Shown here piece by piece: positions 16,450 through 26,926 of a stretch of 64,000 bases of DNA (position 1 is its first letter; each line of letters opens with the position of its first letter). The notes under the pieces were generated by a model. It saw only the letters and a program-made list of their open reading frames with translations, ran no database searches and had not been told where the DNA came from. The DNA lies in the NCBI RefSeq assembly GCF_036365525.1, contig NC_090378.1, positions 122,249,593 through 122,313,592 of the forward strand. The letters are read 5' to 3'. Position numbers and translations under genes: made by a program. The stretch is from Heterodontus francisci (lineage: Eukaryota).

Positions 16450-16850
16450 AAATTAAAGCCTGATTTTATTTTCACTATCCACTACACACTCCTGTCCCTG
16501 TGGTGCCCACTGCAGCCTGAAGGCCTCAAGTGACCCAGCAGACACCCCCTGCTCCTTCTCCAGGGCCACCCGGGTGGGGACAATGCCATGGTAGAGAGAC
16601 TGGCAGCCAGTGCCACCACCCCCATGGGTCCCATCCAACTCGGGCCTGTGGATGGACACCTTAGCCAGGCCCAGGAGCAGACCCACGAGGAGGGGCCTCC
16701 AACCTGCCCACTCCCCTCTGCACTGGGTGGCCAAAGATCAGGAGCGTGGGCCTGAATTAGAACCAGAGGATGAGAAGCAGCCCCTTCAAATAATGGAACA
16801 GGGGCCACAACCTCTCCCACTCCATGTAGACATGATCCACCGACTCTGAA
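16450..16850 (-). mobile_element. Tx1/L1-clade non-LTR retrotransposon, degenerate 3' fragment of ORF2
   Basis: The minus-strand translation LLVGLLLGLAKVSIHR...RVALEKEQGVSAGSLEAFRLQWAPQGQEC matches the C-terminus of the longer element at 42179-42718 (LLIGLLLGLAKVAIHR...RVSLEKEQAVSAGSIEAFCDPWSPQGLEC). Confidence 0.85.
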
Positions 16851-17188
16851 ACTCACTGTTTTCAAATGGTCCATGAGGAAGACCAGAGTCAGCAACAGAA
16901 ACATCACATTTACAGAAACACTCCTCCCCTTTTTTCCAGGGCACAGGCAGGTGAGCTCGGTTTGCTGGGAGATTTTCATTTTCCAGGAATTGAGTGGCTC
17001 CAGGCTTTTCCATCTGATGTGGTGGGAAGAGCAGCTGGAAGATTTATCATCGACAAGTAGAATTCCCAACTTTCCCAAGCACGGCAGCATGGAATTCAGA
17101 CAGAGAGAGTGAAACAGAGACAGTAGGAGAGAGAGAGAAACAGAGACAGTGGGAGAGAGAGAATGACAGAAAGAGAGACATTGGGGGA

Positions 17189-17324
17189 NNNNNNNNNNNN
17201 NNNNNNNNNNNNNNNNNNNNNNNNNNNNNNNNNNNNNNNNNNNNNNNNNNNNNNNNNNNNNNNNNNNNNNNNNNNNNNNNNNNNNNNNNNNNNNNNNNNN
17301 NNNNNNNNNNNNNNNNNNNNNNNN
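17189..17324. other. Assembly gap (136 N) flanked by GA-rich low-complexity sequence
   Basis: Run of N; GAGA-type sequence on both sides (about 17098-17188 and 17325-17370). Confidence 0.99.
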
Positions 17325-18147
17325 TAGACAGAGGGAAAGAGCACAAGAGGGACAGCGTGAGAGAGAGAGATGGCTGGTTGTCCCAGTGGACATTGGGACT
17401 CTGACGTCTGGCCTATATGAGGGTCCCGAGCCTGCTCATGTCATCAGCACTCGCCGGAGCAACTTTCTGGGAGGCAGCCTCCTAATTGGTCACCTCCACA
17501 CTCACTGTCCTATTAATGATGGCGGTCAGGCTCCCGAGCCTGCAGGCCCAATCAGAGGGCCCACAGTGATGTCAGGCTGGCAGCTCCACCGGGAGAGGTG
17601 GGCCCTGCTGAAACAGGCAGGCGAGAGTGAGGGCCCCTCAACATGGAGAAGCCCTCGGCTGCCTGCAGAGGAATAGTAAAATAAAAAGGGCTGAAGCCAG
17701 CTGGGCCATCGGTTTGAAGAGGGTTAGGGTTAGGAAACTCCTCCACAGGATTATTCACAGGCGGGACTGCAGCTTTTCATCCCTGTAGCTCTGTCATTGG
17801 GACATAGAGTCTCCGTCCCCGATGGTCCCCTGGCCTGCTGCCGGGAGGGCTCCTCCATTGAGCTGGCGGCCTCCACACTCGGGGGTGGGGAGGCCGCTCC
17901 GACGTTGGTAAAATACCAGCACCGGCTCAAAAATGGCCCCTAAATGTGAACTTCATTGCTCGAATTGTCTGCCCATCTCCATGGAGCCAGCAGATGACCG
18001 GTTCCCAGTACACCCATGGGAAAGTAACCCGGAGGCGGGAATGTGTCAGGGAGCCATGTTGACACGGCTCGTCGTATTTTTCCCAGTCCTGCCCAACCTC
18101 TAAATGAGAACCCCGTCTCCATGGCACCGGGAGAATTCATCCCAGTC

Positions 18148-18796
18148 TGTGAGAGACAGAGAGAGAGAAAGTGAGAGAGAGAGAAAGAGAGAGAGAGTGA
18201 GAGGGAGAAAAAGAGAGACAGAGTGAGAAAGAGAGACAAAGTGAGAGAGTGAGAGAGAGAGAAAGAGAGAGATAGTGAGAGGGAGAAAAATAGAGACAGA
18301 GTGAGACTGAATGAGAGAGAGTGAGAGTGAGAAAGAGAGAGAGAGTGAGAGAGAGAGAAAGAGGGAGACAGTGAGAGGGAGAAAATGAGAGACAGAGTGA
18401 GAGAGAGTGAGAAAGAGAGACAGAGTGAGTGAGAGAAAGAGAGAGACAGATTGAGAGAGAGTGTGAGAGAGAGAGAGCATGTGACAGAGACAGAGTAACA
18501 GGGAGAGGGACATAATGAGAGAGTGAAAGAGACAGAGTGAGAGAAAACAATGAGAGAGAGACAGAATGTGAGAGAAACCCAAAGTAGCAGAGACAGAGTG
18601 TGACACACTGAGAACGACACACACAGACAGAGACAGACAGAAGCACACATAGAGACAGAGACAAATAGATATATATAGAGAGAGTGTGAGAGACAGAGAC
18701 ACACATACACACAGGCAAAGAGTTACAGAGAGAGAGACACAGTGACAGTGAAAGACAGAGAGAGGGTGAGAGTGAGTGAGTGAAACAGAGAGCAGA
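18148..18796. repeat. Degenerate (GA)n polypurine tract directly upstream of the J RSS
   Basis: About 650 bp of GAGAGA/GACAGA/GTGAGA ending at the RSS nonamer. Confidence 0.95.
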
Positions 18797-18835
18797 GGAT
18801 ATTGTACAGCCCCTGCACTGGAAGCTGTCAGTGTG
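18797..18835 (+). promoter_or_regulatory. V(D)J recombination signal sequence, 23-bp spacer, 5' of J
   Basis: Nonamer GGATATTGT (18797-18805; consensus GGTTTTTGT), exactly 23 bp of spacer (18806-18828), then heptamer CAGTGTG (18829-18835; consensus CACTGTG) abutting the J coding sequence. A 23-spacer on J is the kappa-type arrangement. Confidence 0.93.
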
Positions 18836-18870
18836 GTATACGTTCGGTAAAGGAACCAAGCTCAGACTGA
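18836..18870 (+). CDS. IGKJ: Immunoglobulin light-chain J segment (kappa-type), germline unrearranged
   Basis: G TAT ACG TTC GGT AAA GGA ACC AAG CTC AGA CTG A = YTFGKGTKLRL, containing the FGxGT motif. Preceded by the RSS and followed by a perfect donor GTAAGT at 18871-18876 (phase 1). Too short for the ORF track. Confidence 0.95.
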
Positions 18871-19407
18871 GTAAGTAAACCTCAATCCTCCGTTACTAAT
18901 CCTTTAAATACTGAAACTTTCGAAAACACAAATGCTGAATAGTGGAAGGTGTTAGTAAGGAACTGCAGTCAATGAAATGGTTCATTGAAGAGCACTGTGT
19001 ATAACAGGGTGCCCAGCTGTATTTCTTTAGTTACATTCCCCCTTTAACCAGCAAGATATAAGTAACCAACTTTTACCGAGTGTGTAGAGGAGATCTGGAC
19101 GTTTGCAGACTGTGGTCACATTCCTGCTCCATGGAGTGAAATCCCTCACTAGACTCCTGCCAGTCTCAGTGTGAGCTCTGGGTCTCTGTCACAGTCTCTG
19201 ATATAACTGATCTCAGCACCAGCACAGTGAGACACCGAGGTCCCACCTCCCCCAGCTTTAACTCTGCTCTGTCCACTCCCTGCTTATCTCTTGTCAAAGT
19301 TCTGATGACAAACAGTGACAGCAGGGCTCCCAATCCAGTGGCTTCAGTGTTCCAGGGTTTTGGGGAAACTCTCAGTTGCTTTGTCTTTGGGTCGAGTTCA
19401 TGTTGAT

Positions 19408-20359
19408 TGTTCTGACCAGGTGATGAAAGTCTCTAGGGGTCTTTCACAGCCTTCACCTGGTCTTACTGTAACAAGATTTAATTTGAAACACACTGTGTTT
19501 TGAGCTCCTTCCAGGTGAATCCTTGTTCACCGCTTTCCAATTGTGAGGCAAAGAAATGAGCACAAACAGGTTTTCTTAGGTTTAAAGAAGAAAGGTAAAA
19601 TTTATTAAAACTTAAACTAAAACTCTAATTCAGTTAATGCGTACGGATACACGCCATGCCCCATGCTAGCATGCATATGCGATACACACATGCAAATAGA
19701 GACAGAAAAGAGCAGAAGAAAAATAAAGTGCAGAGGTTTGAGGCAATCTCTGAAGAGAGTTTTTGTTACTGTGCTTCGAGCTCACTGTAGTCCTTGCTTG
19801 TCGGTAGATGTTGCTTTTCATTGGGGCCCAGTATTCTTCTTAAACCTTGTTCACTGTGGGAGACTTTTCCCTCTTGCGGTTCATATGTCTTCAATGATTT
19901 CTGAAGCTGGTGAGAGAGATGAAAGCCGACGGGAGAGAGACAGTGGCAAGCCAGCCATGAAAAGTCTTTTCAGTCCAGGAGCAAACAGCTTTCTGAGTTC
20001 AAATTCTCTGTGGCAAGTTCAAATTCAAAAAACTACAACAGCCAGTTAGTCATGTGACGAAACTGGTCTGGCCATGTCCGATGGTGTAGTCGGCCATCTG
20101 AGCAGTCAAGTTGGAATGGGAGCTCCTCCATCCTCAATGTCTGGTAATCAAAAGTCCATTGTGGATTGAATTTGTCAGGAAATGGTCTTTTGTCCCTTCC
20201 AAGTACTGTCTGTTATTATGCCAATGTCTTTCCAGTCAAGGGCCTGGTGTTTTTTTTTAAAAACAAGTTCTTTCTTTACTCCAGCAACAGATTAAAAAGC
20301 AGTGTTCATATGGCGAAATTAATGTGCCTCATTCTTGGCAGGTGGGGGCCTGCATGACA
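19408..20359 (-). mobile_element. Probable solo LTR in the J-C intron
   Basis: Termini TGTT...GACA; near-identical 5-bp flanks TTGAT (19403-19407) and CTGAT (20360-20364); minus-strand AATAAA (TTTATT at 19601-19606); no coding capacity. Confidence 0.65.
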
Positions 20360-20570
20360 CTGATATTTATCTCTGAACCGACGTCACTGAAAATGTTCAT
20401 TTACCTCATTGCTGTTTGTGGGATCTTGCTGTGCACAAATTGTCTGCCACATTTCCTACATTCCAACAGTGACTGCTCTTTAAACAAGTCCTTCATTGTC
20501 TGTAAATGACTTTGGGAGGTCCTGAGGTGTGAAATACTCAATATAAATACAAGTCTTTCTTTTCTTTTTA
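20360..20570 (+). mobile_element. Deu-domain SINE (SacSINE1-like), 3' part
   Basis: GTGGGATCTTGCTGTGCACAAATTG...CTTTGGGAGGTCCTGAGG...AAATACAAGTCTTTCTTT matches the 3' half of the copy at 20965-21360. Confidence 0.7.
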
Positions 20571-20964
20571 TTAACTGGGAGCTCCCACAATACCCTGTTG
20601 ATTAAAGCTGAACCCAGCAGAAAATCCACAGAAAACTGACTAATGTTTGTCTGATTTGTCTGTGTGTTTATTAGACATGACTGAGCAGATAGCAAGAGTT
20701 TCAGCAGCAACAAAGGTGTTACTCTAGTGCCCCTCCCACTTTCCCCATCGACTTACAAAATACTTACGGGGAAAGGGCTCAGCACCTGCCATCGACTGGT
20801 TAAATGTCACCCCTCTAGACTACAGGTCTCCCACAATCTGCTCTCCATCTCTCTCCTGAAGGCACTATCTCTGGCTGGGGCACAGCTCCACCCTCCCCAA
20901 GTGGCCTCATTCCTCAAAGTGTGAGCCGGGAGGGTGAGAATGGCAGGCTATTCGACTGTGAGGT

Positions 20965-21360
20965 GTTAGTGTTGTCTCAGTGGGTAACACTCTCACCTCT
21001 GAGTCAGAATGTTGTGGCTTCAAGTCCCACTCCAGAGACTGGAGCACATAATCCAGGCTGACACTGCAGTGCAGTATTGAGGGAGTGCTGCATTGTCAGA
21101 GGTGCTGTCTTTCAGATGAGACAAACTGACGTCTGCCCTCTCAGGTGAATGTAAAGGATCCCACTGCACTATTAGAAGAGCAGGGGAGTTCTCCTCGGTG
21201 TTCTGGACAATGTTTATCACTCAACCAACGGCACTGAAAATCAGATTATCTGCTCATTATCACTCAGCTGTCTGGGATCTTGCTGTGCACAATTGGCCGT
21301 AAAACACTTTGGGACATCCTGAGGTAGTGACAGGCACTATAGAAATGCAAGTCTTTCTTT
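20965..21360 (+). mobile_element. tRNA-derived Deu-domain SINE (SacSINE1/AmnSINE1-related)
   Basis: tRNA-like head with a B-box-like TTCAAGTCC (~21019). Deu core GTGCTGTCTTTCAGATGAGAC...TCTGCCCTCTCAGGTGAATGTAAAGGATCCC...GAAGAGCAGGGGAGTTCTCC. Tail AAATGCAAGTCTTTCTTT. Family assignment is from recall. Confidence 0.8.
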
Positions 21361-21799
21361 GAGTTTGGAGGCTCCTGATCCTGACCCTCGCGCACACTCT
21401 CACCTTCCAGGCATCATGGGATCATTTGGAGCAGTGACCCTGCCTGACCCCAGTACACTGAGACTGATTATAACCTCACCCTTGACCTCACCCCAGTGTT
21501 GGACAAGAAGGTTTTAAATGAAATCTAAAACCTTCTACACCGACACCCAACATGAATCCTTTCTGACATGTGTTGATACAAGTCTGCTCCAGTGTTCTCG
21601 GAGAAAGTTCTCCGGATGTGTGTGTGATCTGAGATTTGTTAACACTGAGCCTGTTTCCTCCGGATAGACTGATCTACAGTTCGAGCTTCCTGTCAGGTTA
21701 ACAGTGTCTTAAAGGGACACTGAGTCTTTAAACACTCTTACTATTAACCATTTCAGTGCTGAATTGGTGAGAACCCTTCATTATAAAAGTTTAAACAGA

Positions 21800-24700
21800 G
21801 AAACATAGAAAGATTTACAGTGCAGATGAGGCCATTCGGCCCATGGTTTCCATGCCAGCTGAAAATGAGTTAACAAACCTAATCCCACTTTCCAGCTCTT
21901 ATTCCCATATCCCTGTAGGTTTCAGCACCTCAAGTGCATATCCAAGTGTTTTTTCAATGTGATGAGAGTTTCTGCCTCTACCAACCTTTCAGGCAGTGAG
22001 TTCCAGACCCCCAACACCCTCTGGCTGAAAAAATTACTCCTCAACTCACGTCTCATCCTTCCACCAATTAATTTAAATCTATGCTGCCTGGTTATTGACC
22101 TCTCTGCTGAGGGAAATAGGTCCTTCCTATCCACTCTATCTGGGCCCCTCATAATTTTATACACCTCAATTAAATCTCCCCTCAGCCTCCTCTGTTCCAG
22201 AGATAACAATCCCAGCCGATCCTGTCTTTCCTCATAGGTAAAATTCTCCATTCCTGGGAACATCCTCGTAAATCTCCTCTGTACCCCCTCTTGTTTGATC
22301 ACATCCTTCCTGTAATGTGGTGACCAGAACTGTACACAGTTTTCTAGCTGTGGTCTAACTAGTGTCTTCTACAGTTCTGGCATAACCTCCTTACCCTTAT
22401 ACTCCAGGCCTCAGCGAATAAGGGCAAGCATCCCAGAAGCCTTCTTAATCACCTTATCTAGCTGTCCTGCTACCTTCAGGGATCTGTGGACATGAACTCC
22501 AAGGTCCCTCAGTTCCTCTACACTTCTCAGTATCATCCCATTTATTGGATATTCCTTTGCCTCGTTTGTCCTCCCCAAATGCATTACCTCACATTTCTCT
22601 GGACTGAATTCCATTTGCTATTTTTCTGCCCACCTGACCAGTCCATTGATATCTTCCTGCAGTCTACAGCCTTGTTCCTCATTATCAACCGCAAGGCCTA
22701 TTTTTGTATCATCTACAAACTTCTTAATACCCCTTCCATTTAAATCTAAATCATTGAAAGATACTATAATCAGCAGTGGACCCAGTACTGAGCCCTGCAG
22801 AACCCCACTGAAAACAGCTTTCCACTCACAAAAACACCCGTTGACAATAAAACTTTGCTTCCTGTCACTGACTCAATTTTTGATCCAATTTCCCACTTTT
22901 CCTTGGATCCCATGGGCTTTTAATTTTCTGACCAGTCTGCCATGTGGGATCTTATCAAAGGCCTTGCTAAAATCCATGTAGACTCTTTCAAACACGACGC
23001 CCACTTTGACACTCCTTGTAACCTCCTCATGAAATGTAATCGTTAGTCAGACACAAACTTCCCTTAACAAATCCATGCTGACTGTCCTGAATTAATCCCG
23101 TGTTTCTCTAAATGATGGTTTTTACTGTCTCTCAGAACTTTTTCCAATAATTCTCCCACTGCCGAGGTTATGCTGACTGATCTGTAATTACTTGGTCCAT
23201 CCATTCTTTCCTTTTTAAACAACAGTACAACATTAGCAGTCCTCCAGTCCTCAGGCACCATGCCTTTAACCAGAGAGGATTGGAAAATGAGGATCAGAGC
23301 CTCCGCTATTTCTTCCATTGCTTCCTTTGCAGCCTGGGATACATTTCACCTGGGCCTGGTGATTTATCCATTTTCAAGGATGTGAAACACCTTAATATTT
23401 CCTCCCTCACTCAGTTTATCCCATCCAAGATTTCACACTCCTCCTCCTTAACTACAATGTCTGCTTTGTCACTCTCTGTGAAAAAAGGCACAAAGTATTC
23501 ATTCAGAAACATGTCCACATCCTCCACCTCCACACACAGGTTAGGTTTTTGGACTCCAATTTACCCCGCTCTTTTCTTAGTGATTCTCCGGCTCTTTATG
23601 TATTTATTAAACATCTTTGGGTTTTCCTTGATTTTACTAGCTCATATTTTTTCATGTCCTCTCTTTGTTTCCCTAATTTCCTTTTCAATTTCACCCCTGA
23701 ACTCTCTACACTTCTCCAGGTTTTCTGCAGTATCAAGATCTCAGTATCCGATATAAGTTTCCCTTTTGTACCTTATCCTACTGTGTATGCTCTTTGCCAT
23801 CTGCGGTAAATGGAGATTTGGGAGTCTCACCCTTTTTCTTTGTGGGAACATGTTTGTTCTGAGCCCTCACTATCTCCTCCTTGAATGCCTCCCACTGCTC
23901 TGACACTGATTTACCTTCAAGTAGCTGTTTCCAGTCTAATTCTGACAAATCACATCTCAGCTTAGTAAAATTGGCCTTTCCCCAGTTTAAAACTTTTACT
24001 CTTGGTCCATCTTTATCCTTTTCTATAACTGCTCTAAATCTAACTGAATTATAATCACTGCCACTAAAACACTCTCACATTGATCCCCTTCCACCTGCCC
24101 AGATTCATTCCTGAAAACTAAGTCCAGAACTGTATCTTCTCTTGTTGGTCTTTCTACTGATGAGAAAAGTTCTCCCGAATGTATTTTAGGAATTCTGCAC
24201 CCTCTGTACCTTTTATACTGAATTTATCCCAGTTAATATTTGGAAAGTTGAAATCCCCTCCTATTACTGGCCTGTTGTTTCTGCACTTTTCAGTAATTTG
24301 CCGACACATTTGCTCTTCTCTCTCCCTCTGACTGTTTGAGGGTCTATAGCAGGAGTCTGGAACCTGCGACTCCGGAGACACATGTGACTCTTTAACAGCT
24401 CATTTACAGCTGCCAACCTTTTCCAGTTGGATCACATTAACATGAAAAAGGCCGAAAAAATTCAGTCAAGGAAAGTAAACTGTGTTTTTATTGTGGGGAA
24501 AAAAGGCTAATCATTATGTTGTACTTTATAGTTTCAAATGATTATTTAAATGAAAAGCATCATCATTGTCTAAATGAACTTGTTTGAGTGGTACAGCTTC
24601 CATTGGAGGAACAGTTTTTATGTTTGTGACCATTATTGTTTCTAATATCACTGAGATGATAAATTATTCTGCTATTAGAAACTTCTTTTTTATTACGAGA

Positions 24701-25285
24701 ATCAATAGCTGAAAAAATTGTCTTAATTCTGCACGTCTGAATTTAAATTTTTTTTTAAAATTTTGACTTTACTGACAAAATTATACAAAAACAAGTCAAA
24801 AAAATGCAATAATTCAGAGTGAAACCTATTCTGATTTTGACTTTTTTTCTATTGATACATAAATTCAATACATGTATTTTATTTATTATATATACAAAGT
24901 GTGCATTCTACCAGAGACACTTGGCAATTTAGAAGGTATTTGGTTTAGAAATGCTGAATTTTGGTCTTGACACTGCCAGTAGTTTTTATTTTAGGTAATA
25001 TTTTTGAAAACAGTCTCTTCAGGTAATAAAGGTTACCGACCCCTGGTCTATATATAGTGCAGCAATGTGATTGCCCCTTTTTTGTTCCTACGTTCATTCA
25101 GATGTCCTCATTCGATGATCCTGCTTGAATATCATCCCTCCTCACAGCTGCGATTTTTTCTTTTGACTAATATTGTGAAACCCTTCTCCTTTTTTCTCTC
25201 CCTCTCTATCCCGTTGGGAAACTCAGTATCAGGAATATTGAGCTGCCATTCCTGCCCTTCTTTCAGACTCATTTCAGTAATAACT
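21800..25285 (-). mobile_element. CR1 LINE, degenerate ORF2 (endonuclease remnant + RT + 3' end), interrupted by a hAT element
   Basis: Minus-strand ORF pieces VQRRFTRMFPGM..RLRGDLIEVYKIM, MEFSPEKCEVMHLG, PEDWRTANVV..NYRSVSITS and GDFNFPNINW; many stops and frameshifts. Confidence 0.93.
24350..25045. mobile_element. Non-autonomous hAT (Charlie-like) DNA transposon, 696 bp
   Basis: TIRs CAGGAGTCTGGAACCT and AGGTTACCGACCCCTG (reverse complement CAGGGGTCGGTAACCT). 8-bp TSD GTCTATAG (24342-24349) / GTCTATAT (25046-25053). AT-rich interior. Confidence 0.88.
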
Positions 25286-26138
25286 GTCATCAAGGCAGCA
25301 TTTGAGTCTGGAATCAAGGAGCCCGAGCAAAACTAGAGTCAGTGTGAATCAGGGGGAAATCTCTCGACTGTTTGGAGTCATACCTAGCACAAAGGAAGAT
25401 AGCTGTGGTTGTTGGAGGTCAATCATCTCAGCTCCAGGACGTCACTGCAGGAGTTCCTCAGCATAGTGTCCTAGGCCCAACCATCTTCAGTTGCTTCATC
25501 AATGACCTTCCCTCCACCATAAGGTCAGAAGAGCGGATGTTCGCTGATGATTGCACAACCTTCAGCACCATTCGCGAATCCACAGAAACGGAAACAGACT
25601 ATCTAGAAATGCAGCAAAACCTGGACACTGTCCACGCTTGGGCTGATAAGTAACAAGTAACATTCGCGTCACACAAGTGAAAGGCAATGACTATCTCAAA
25701 TAAGAAAGAATCTAACCATCTCCCCTTGACATTCAATGGCATTACGATCGCTGAATCCCCCACTATCAACATCCTGAGGGTTACCATTGACCAGAACCTG
25801 AACTGCAGTAGCCCTGTAAATACTGTGGCTACAAGAGCAGGTCAAAGGCTGGCCACCTAGGAGGAAAGGCCAGCAGTTGCATGGGAACACCACCACCTGC
25901 AAGTTCTCCTCCAAGCCACACACCATCCTGACTTGGAACTATATCGCCGTTCCTTCACTGTCACTGGGTCAAAATCCTGGAACTCCCTGCCTAACAGCAC
26001 TGTGGGTGTACCTACCCCACATGGACTGCAGCAGTTCAAGAAGGCAGCTCACCACCACCTTCTCAAGGGCTATTAGTGATGGGCAATAAATGCTGGCCTG
26101 GCCAGCGACGCCCACATCCCATGAATGAATAAAAAAAA
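25286..26138 (+). mobile_element. CR1/L2-group LINE 3' fragment (second family) with RT remnant
   Basis: IKAAF..., GVPQHSVLGPTIFSCFINDLP...MFADDCT; ends CCCACATCCCATGAATGAATAAAAAAAA. Confidence 0.88.
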
Positions 26139-26329
26139 CTACCATATCATACTTCCAAGAGCAGTCGAACACAATTTAACCAGTTGAACATCAAACCATC
26201 CACTGTCTTTGTATTTTAGACTAAACCTAGCAAGCGAGGCAAATTAAGAAGTGATGGTGCTCATTTCTAACAATTCAACACCAGCTGCAGTTCATTAACT
26301 CAGCTGTCTGTTATCTGATGTGACAATTC

Positions 26330-26565
26330 CAAACACAGAAACACCCACAGAAACATACACATAAATATACACATAGAACACACAAATATACACAGAGAAT
26401 ACACAAATGTACAGACAGAACACACAAATAAATACATAAAACACACAAATATATACAGAGGACACACAAATAGACCGACAAAAGACACAAATATATACAT
26501 AAAACACACAAATATATACAGAGAGCAAAAAATATACAAATAGAACACAGAAATACACAAACATG
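26330..26565. repeat. A/C-rich low-complexity repeat just upstream of the C-exon acceptor
   Basis: Degenerate ~21-bp ACACAAATATACACAGAGAAC-like units. Confidence 0.8.
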
Positions 26566-26597
26566 CAGTGATTAACAGTTTTTCTCTTCTCTTTCAG

Positions 26598-26926
26598 GCC
26601 GAGAGAAGTCTCAACCCACACTGACCCTGATGCCCCCCTCGCCGGAGGAGGTCAAGGCCAAGGGCACTGCCACCCTGGTGTGCCTTGCCGATCACTTCTA
26701 TCCCGATGAAGTGGGGGTGGAGTGGAAGAAGGACGGTGCAGCCATTTCGGCCGGAGTTCAGACCAGCAATTACCTGCGAGCTTCGGACAGCACCTACAGT
26801 GTCAGCAGCCTGCTGACCCTCTCTGGCTCTGACTGGGAGTCCAACGCCCGCTTCTCCTGTGCCCTCACCCACGAGACCCTGTCCTCTCCCCTCAGTAAGA
26901 GTGTGAGCAGATCAGAATGTGTGTAG
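26598..26926 (+). CDS. IGKC: Immunoglobulin kappa-type light-chain constant exon (cartilaginous fish NS4/type III-like)
   Basis: Polypyrimidine tract and AG (26596-26597); splices in frame with J (A|GC = Ser). Translation (S)REKSQPTLTLMPPSPEEVKAKGTATLVCLADHFYPDEVGVEWKKDG...YSVSSLLTLSGSDWESNARFSCALTHETLSSPLSKSVSRSECV*. Has both C1-set Cys, the Trp, the FYP motif and the penultimate Cys used for the H-L bond; no inactivating lesion. Confidence 0.97.

Noticed and set aside
17370-18147. GC-rich unique-looking DNA upstream of J as a possible V exon or promoter
   Set aside because: No Ig framework motifs in any frame and no octamer; resembles interspersed non-autonomous repeats like those at ~40790-41240 and ~52150-52500, which I cannot classify.
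18738-18765. CACAGTG 60 bp upstream of the J RSS as a possible V/D RSS
   Set aside because: Lies within the GA tract; no nonamer at 12 or 23 bp and no coding segment before it.
17940-18859. 200-256-aa Ser/Leu-rich minus-strand ORFs (also 38083-39004)
   Set aside because: Translations of (TC)n or C-rich simple repeats.
19758-19789. AGTTTTTGT...CACTGTA, RSS-like
   Set aside because: Spacer is 16 bp, the heptamer lacks the terminal GTG, it lies within the LTR, and no J follows.
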